Positions 58,071 through 64,000 of a stretch of DNA of 64,000 nt are shown here, in pieces (the stretch's first letter is position 1; the number at the start of each line of letters is the position of its first letter). The position numbers were made by a program, and so were the translations under genes. Under the pieces are notes generated by a model. It was not told where the DNA came from, searched no databases, and worked only from the letters and a program-made list of their open reading frames with translations. Source of the stretch: Chrysomallon squamiferum (taxonomy: Eukaryota; Animalia; Mollusca); contig CM022679.1 in NCBI GenBank assembly GCA_012295275.1, positions 21,576,001 to 21,640,000 of the forward strand, written 5' to 3'.

Positions 58071-59658
58071 TTTTATTCTTATTTTATTCCTATGCATGTA
58101 CTTTAATTAAATACCGTACCAAATGCTTTGGTCTGTCTGAAAATGTATAATAAGGGAGATAATTTAAATACTTTAAATTAATGATAATTAATACGACGGA
58201 TAAAAAATAAACTGGGGATAAACTTATGAAGTACACTCACGGTTACTTTGGTACTGAAAATTCACATTTAAAATGACCCTGACATTTCGGACGTCACACG
58301 CCCTCACATACATCCATACACAGAGACACACAGAGACAAACACACAGAGACAAACACACAGACAGACAAAACATTTTTTAACGAAAAGTTTGAAAAAAAA
58401 AAAAATTGAATCCAATATCAATGAGAAAATTGCAAACTTTTATAACGTTATAAAAATTTTAATAAACATTTCCTTTTCAAAAAAACACGTGCAAATTGCA
58501 TTAAAAAGTATGGACAAAAAGGTGTCACGAGAACAAACAAACAAAACAAACAAACACACAATAATAAAATATCATAAAAATGTGTGTAAAAAGCTCCCCT
58601 CCCCCAGTAAATGGATAGTGTCCACCATACAAGAAACATTTCGTAAAGTGACACCGTTAAATAGTGACAATGTTGCAAAAATTGGTTTTACATTTTTGTT
58701 TTTCTCTCTAGGGCAGTTCTTGGATCAGTTACTTGTAATCAAATCGTTGGTTGTTCATTCCTGTCTGAGAGACCACACCATCAGTGAAAGTTAACTGAGA
58801 GTTAATAAGAAAGAAACACACACTCACAAAAATAAGAATTTCGATGAAGTGCAAAAACTATAGTAAAACGTTTTGGGATATGTAGTTTCAGAATCAGTTT
58901 TAGCAATGTGCGCCGATTTGGTGTTTCCCCACGTCGAGTATGTCGAAGGCAGAGGTGTGTACTTTCCTATACAGTACAAGAAGGTGCATGTAGAATAAAA
59001 ACGTTCATTACAGGAAATGTACGAAACAAGCCTTAATATGTGCTGCGGGTTTTCTCTTTCATAATGAACCATTTCAAAACCCAGCTTGGCAACGGACAAC
59101 CACTGACATTAAAAAATATGCTGAAGTGTCTTGAAGCCAAAGTTATTCGTTCATTTAGTGGAAAGGGACGTTTAATAAAAGGTATTAATGGATTTTTAAA
59201 TAAAATAAAAATAATAATAACAATAATAAAAAAGTTCAGTGTTTAAAGTTTCCGAATCAACAACACATGCTCAGCACCTGTTTTTCATCAAGACACTCTT
59301 AATGAAAAATAAACACACATTTTTCTTTTTTTTTTTGGTTTTCCTTTCAGGGTCCATCACATTCAAGCTCTGAAATGAGAAGTTACTTTCTTCCAGTTTC
59401 TTTTTCTCTTAATTAACACGTCTCAAGTATTCGCTCATTAAGCATCTCATTTAGAACTCTCCTTAACATTACAATACCTCATAAAGAAAGTTTCCAGTCG
59501 TCTTTATACCCCTTCACGTTCAACCCTATTCCTTCTGAAGCATTATTATTAAGAAAGAAAGGGGGGGGGGAAGTATCGACATGTGCTTAATTCCAGCATC
59601 CCTCAGGCTGAAACGTCCTGGCGTTGTTGTAAAGGTGACGCACCCTCTTGAACTGCGA

Positions 59659-60193
59659 CTAGACCCGCCCCAGCTGCATGGGTTCGTCTTCCTGAGCCAA
59701 GACGTCATCGGTGTCCGCCATCTCCGCTTTCCTCTTGTGCGACGTGAAGAGAAAAATGAGTCCCACGACGATGAAGACGACGAAGACCATCCAGGAGAAG
59801 ACGAACGAGTACCCGTATGAAGTGTGCGGCTCGCCGACCAGCTGGAGGCCTGTGAGGAGCTCGTGCTGCGTGCTCTTAGAGAAAACTTCGTTCAGGACGA
59901 GAATGCAACCACCTGATTGGAAAAACAGACAGAAAAAAAGTAATAAATAGTCTTAAAAATGATGTGACGTATTTTTTTTTTTAAAAACGAGCTTCCTTTT
60001 TTTCATATGTAATAAAAAAAAAAAAAATGGTCTTAAAAATCGTATACATTTTTTTTTTTTTAATTATATACATTTTTTTCTTCTTTTGATATAAGGGCAT
60101 TGCTTTGATGTAGGAAATTAATTAAAAAAAAAAAATCACCGATGGATTCGTAATATACTAAGTATTCTAAAGAAAGTTTTGCTGCTACTACTG

Positions 60194-60250
<57 letters not shown>

Positions 60251-62359
60251 TTTTACCTTATAACGAGCATCGCCAAACCGATTTTTAGTTCTACAGCAGT
60301 AGCAGCTTCGAGACATACGGAATCATATTTATCAGTAGCTGTTTTTACAAGCAGCTGTTTTTACTTATTATTATTATTATTAATACGCTATGGCGCGTAC
60401 CGAATACAAACAATATCCTTCTAATATGAAAACGAATATATCGAGTAAGGCTTTTAACGTCTTTTTCCTTTTGTGCTTATTAACTTATTTATCAATTTGG
60501 CACGATTTCATGAAAACAGTTTTCTGATATCTAAATTAAAGTTTCAGATAATCAGAAACCTGATCCCTATTCATGCATTTGTAAGTTTTTCTCTTAACCA
60601 TTGCATCATCGAGCCTGAAACTATTCTTGTTTGTAACACCCTTTAAATGCTAAAGATGCAAACTATTTTCTTAATCCTCTTGCTTTAGCCATTTAAATCA
60701 ATACTTTCTTGTTTTTTTGGTCAGTTGACAGCATTTGTGTTAAAGCAGGCAGAAATCCATTAATTTTTCTTTCACACATTCATGGCAGCCGGTAGTTTAT
60801 TCTTTGTTGTCATACATAGCATTTTGTGGGTTTTTTTGTTCACGTATTTACAAAGGACTTCACTCAAAGCGATAAATAATAAACTTGTTGTTGCACATCG
60901 ATTTGTTTCTCGGATTACACGTGCTGCAACAAAGCCTGCAATAACAAAGAACACAACAGACCTTTGCTCCGCTGGGCCAAAACAAATATGACTGTAAAAA
61001 TACTGACAAATACTAGACTTTCCTCGAAGATTACAAACAATGTAACTAAATGATACACAATGTTAAAAACTGAATCATAACATATCATAGCCTAGGGAAT
61101 AACTAAAGTTCGATGCTGGCAAAAGGCCTAATGGGTAGCAGGGTCAGATCTTCTTCGGACCGCTGTTTGTGCAATTTTCAGTTCCAGACAGAGCCCCGTG
61201 AATGTTCTATCTTCTTATAACATGTAACGTATTGTGTTCTCTCTTAGCATAACATGTAACGTATTGTGTCCTCTCTTAGCATAACATGTAACGTATTGTG
61301 ACCTATCTCATCATTATATGTAACGTATTGTTTGTAACTCCATGAAACGTACTATGTCCTATCTTATTATAACATGTAAACATTCTGTGTCCTAACTTAT
61401 TATAACATGTAACGTATTGTGTCCTCTCTCATCATTATATGTATCGTACTGTTTTGTAACCTACAACTCCATGCAACGTATTGGTCATATCTTATCATAA
61501 TAGGTTCATAGGTAACGTACTGTGTTCTATATTATCACTCTACGTAACGTATTGTTTTGTAACTAACAACTCCATGCAACGTACTGTGTCCTAACTTATT
61601 ATAACATGTAACGTATTGTGTCCTAACTTATTATAACATGTAACGTATTGTGTCCTAACTTATTATAACATGTAACGTACTGTGTCCTAACTTATTATAA
61701 CATGTAACGTATTGTGTCCTATCTTATTATAACGTGCAACGAACTGTTTCCTAACTCACAACACTATGCAACCTAGACAGTTTTCAGCAGTGGAAGATAT
61801 TGTTATATCTTATACACTGAAGGCAAATACAAACAACACATGGCTGATAATATTAAATACAGATGGCCAGTGTATGCATCACCCTTGCTCGTGTATCTCA
61901 GAATGATTAACGTACTGTAACCATCCTAATATATAAAAATACGTTTTTATTTAAAATATTTTATGTTACACACACACGAGCGCACACTCGTACATCCATA
62001 CATCCATTCATCCCTCCGTACATATATAATATATATGTGTACACACACATAGACAAACATATAAATTCACATAGACAAACACACAAAAAAAACCACAGAC
62101 TCATACACACATATAAACTTACATACATAAACATCACACACAGACACGTACACGTGTATTTGAAATATGATGAGATACATTTTAATTTTTAATCAGTCTT
62201 ATTGTAGCAGGTTATTCTCACCTGCCATTAGATGCAGTAAAGCAGTGAGCCTCTTTATGATGTAGCGTGGACGTCGTAACGTGTAGAAAGCAAACGCGTG
62301 GCCCAGGCTGATGACGATGATGGCGATGATAGTGAAAGCTATGGCTGTCCTTGTGTAAT
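59659..62359 (-). CDS. PMP22/EMP/claudin-superfamily membrane protein, last two coding exons (62359-62222 and 59912-59659); 5' part not found in window
   Basis: Canonical splice sites with matching phase 1. Translation: YTRTAIAFTIIAIIVISLGHAFAFYTLRRPRYIIKRLTALLHLMAG|GCILVLNEVF...HTSYGYSFVFSWMVFVVFIVVGLIFLFTSHKRKAE...EDEPMQLGRV*. Three hydrophobic segments plus the YGYSFxxxW motif before the last TM helix, typical of the superfamily. Missed by the ORF track. Confidence 0.85.
61215..61770. repeat. 32-bp minisatellite (ATAACATGTAACGTATTGTGTCCTAACTTATT) in the last intron of the claudin-like gene
   Basis: Period 61601/61633/61665. Confidence 0.9.
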
Positions 62360-62569
62360 CTGAAAAGAGGATAAATAATTAATATGTGCGTTTATTTGCA
62401 TTCCTCCTTAACTCAGACAGTCAGGTATACTGTTGTGTTGAAACTTTATATAAACTGAAAACAAACTACAACAACAATGACAATGACAACAGCAACAACA
62501 ACACAACAACAACAAATAATTAAAAATTAATATAATAAAATAAAATCCAAATAAATAATAAATAAATAA

Positions 62570-62620
<51 letters not shown>

Positions 62621-63404
62621 ACAAAATAAAATAAAATAAAGCCAACGCGCATCAAAAAAGAAGAAAAAAAAAAAAAAAAAAAGAAAAGAAACCGAAAAAA
62701 AAAAAGGCCATTTTCAGCAATTAAAAAGACAAAACACCCGGAAACCCACATTAAATAAACAATAAAAATTAAATCACCAGTTTATTTGGGACACACCAAC
62801 GAATATCGGTTTCTAATATAAAACATCTGCTAGCAACAAATTCATTTAATTACCTTGTACTCATCTACCCTCTGTCAAAATGAACTCTCATTTTTAATGA
62901 CTTTATTTTTTTAAATTTCTTTCTTTCTGTTTTTAAATTTTTAATTTTAATGTTTTGCTGTCTTGGACAGAGGAAGGTTTTGGCCGAGCGTTCTGCCGCC
63001 AGTACCGTATTCTACTCGTTACAACATGTGGAGTCATTTAGCTGACAATGGAAGAAGCGTTTAGAAATAAACTGCTCGCGATTCCTGGCCAATAATCGCT
63101 AATTTCCTCCATTAGAAGAACAGTTGGACCGGTAATGCAGCAGAACAAGCATCTCAGGTGGGTAAGTGGTTAATAACACGAAGTGGTCGAGTCATCTTCT
63201 CGTGCTAACCCGTGTAAATAGCCTGTCTCCACTGGAGCAATTCAGAATCTGTTGTGGTTTTTTTTTCTTTTTTCTGTTCGCTTGATCGTCTCCCGCACTG
63301 CAGGTACAAGTGGGAAGGGGGAACTGGAATGCACTTCTTAATGTTTTGCTTAGCCAATTAATAATCCTCAAAGAACCGTAAACATATTATATGATGTGTA
63401 GATA

Positions 63405-63571
63405 CAGTGAAACCTGTGTTAATGGGAGAATCGCTCCGTTGACTTTGTTATTCGGTTGATTAAATTATAAATCACTTCGTGCTGTAGTAAATTAGATGGG
63501 AAAAGTTAAAATGTAATATATTAATGTTAGTGACTGTACTATACAAATGGCTGGTTAAGCAGGTTTCACTG
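63405..63571. mobile_element. Tc1/mariner-pogo-type MITE, 167 bp
   Basis: Perfect 12-bp TIR CAGTGAAACCTG ... CAGGTTTCACTG, flanked by TA on both sides (63403-63404, 63572-63573). Confidence 0.85.
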
Positions 63572-63774
63572 TATTTTATGTACAGCTACAGCTATACATG
63601 TTTTCACAGTGTTTGTTAATTTATGAGCGTTACGTTTTTTTATTTGTTTTTTAATCTTGTCTTATGACGTTTAAGTATATTTATGTCTTGCGATGACCTT
63701 AATGCGTTTATAATTATAACTTACCGATATGTGTACTACAGCGCTTAATTTAAGATAATACAGTCAGATAGTCA

Positions 63775-63870
63775 GAGAGAGAGAGAGAGAGAGAGGCATT
63801 GCAAAATACATCAGTTTTACGACAAGCCTTGGGGTTAAAGGTATAGCCCAGTGTTCTGATATCTGATAAC
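63775..63870 (-). repeat. Short dispersed repeat with (CT)n tail; other copies on + at ~47031-47216 and ~52755-52960
   Basis: Reverse complement of ATATCAGAACACTGGGCTATACCTTTAACCCCAAGGCTTGTCGTAAAACTGATGTATT followed by (CT)n. Confidence 0.85.
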
Positions 63871-64000
63871 GTTCTGATAACGAGTAAAATCCTAAACAGT
63901 AAATTAAAAGTTGAAGATACACTGGGGAATGACTAGGCATAGTCAGAGATCGATCTAATCGGAATATAACCAAAATTAATAGATTTTAACGTGTTATTAT

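Noticed and set aside
59581-59950. Plus-strand ORFs 59581-59820 and 59711-59950
   Set aside because: Antisense to the real minus-strand claudin-like terminal exon.

Overview
Very AT-rich, microsatellite-dense animal genomic DNA (intron-rich invertebrate; mollusc-like by inference, not provable here). (1) 2676-25781 (+): a complete flightless-I (FLII) gene, 35 coding exons, all GT-AG, 1237 aa by hand splicing. Its longest intron holds an in-frame 90-nt cassette-exon candidate with downstream Rbfox/Quaking motifs and a possible 9/12-nt microexon. (2) ~26720-27735: an unidentified, decayed coding-like island behind a minisatellite. (3) ~31890-53058: a tandem cluster of three paralogous 3-exon TATA-box genes. 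They encode secreted, Cys-free, acid-free, Gly/Met/Val-rich block-copolymer proteins (GG[M/L]GV, MP[T/I], GAGFS and VPGYG repeats) reminiscent of elastin, abductin and silk. Each is followed by a related satellite (47-bp or 40-bp monomer). This cluster is the best candidate for an undescribed system. (4) 59659-62359 (-): the last two coding exons of a PMP22/claudin-superfamily membrane protein. MITEs, minisatellites and a short dispersed repeat are also present. All coordinates were read by eye; no database search was run.
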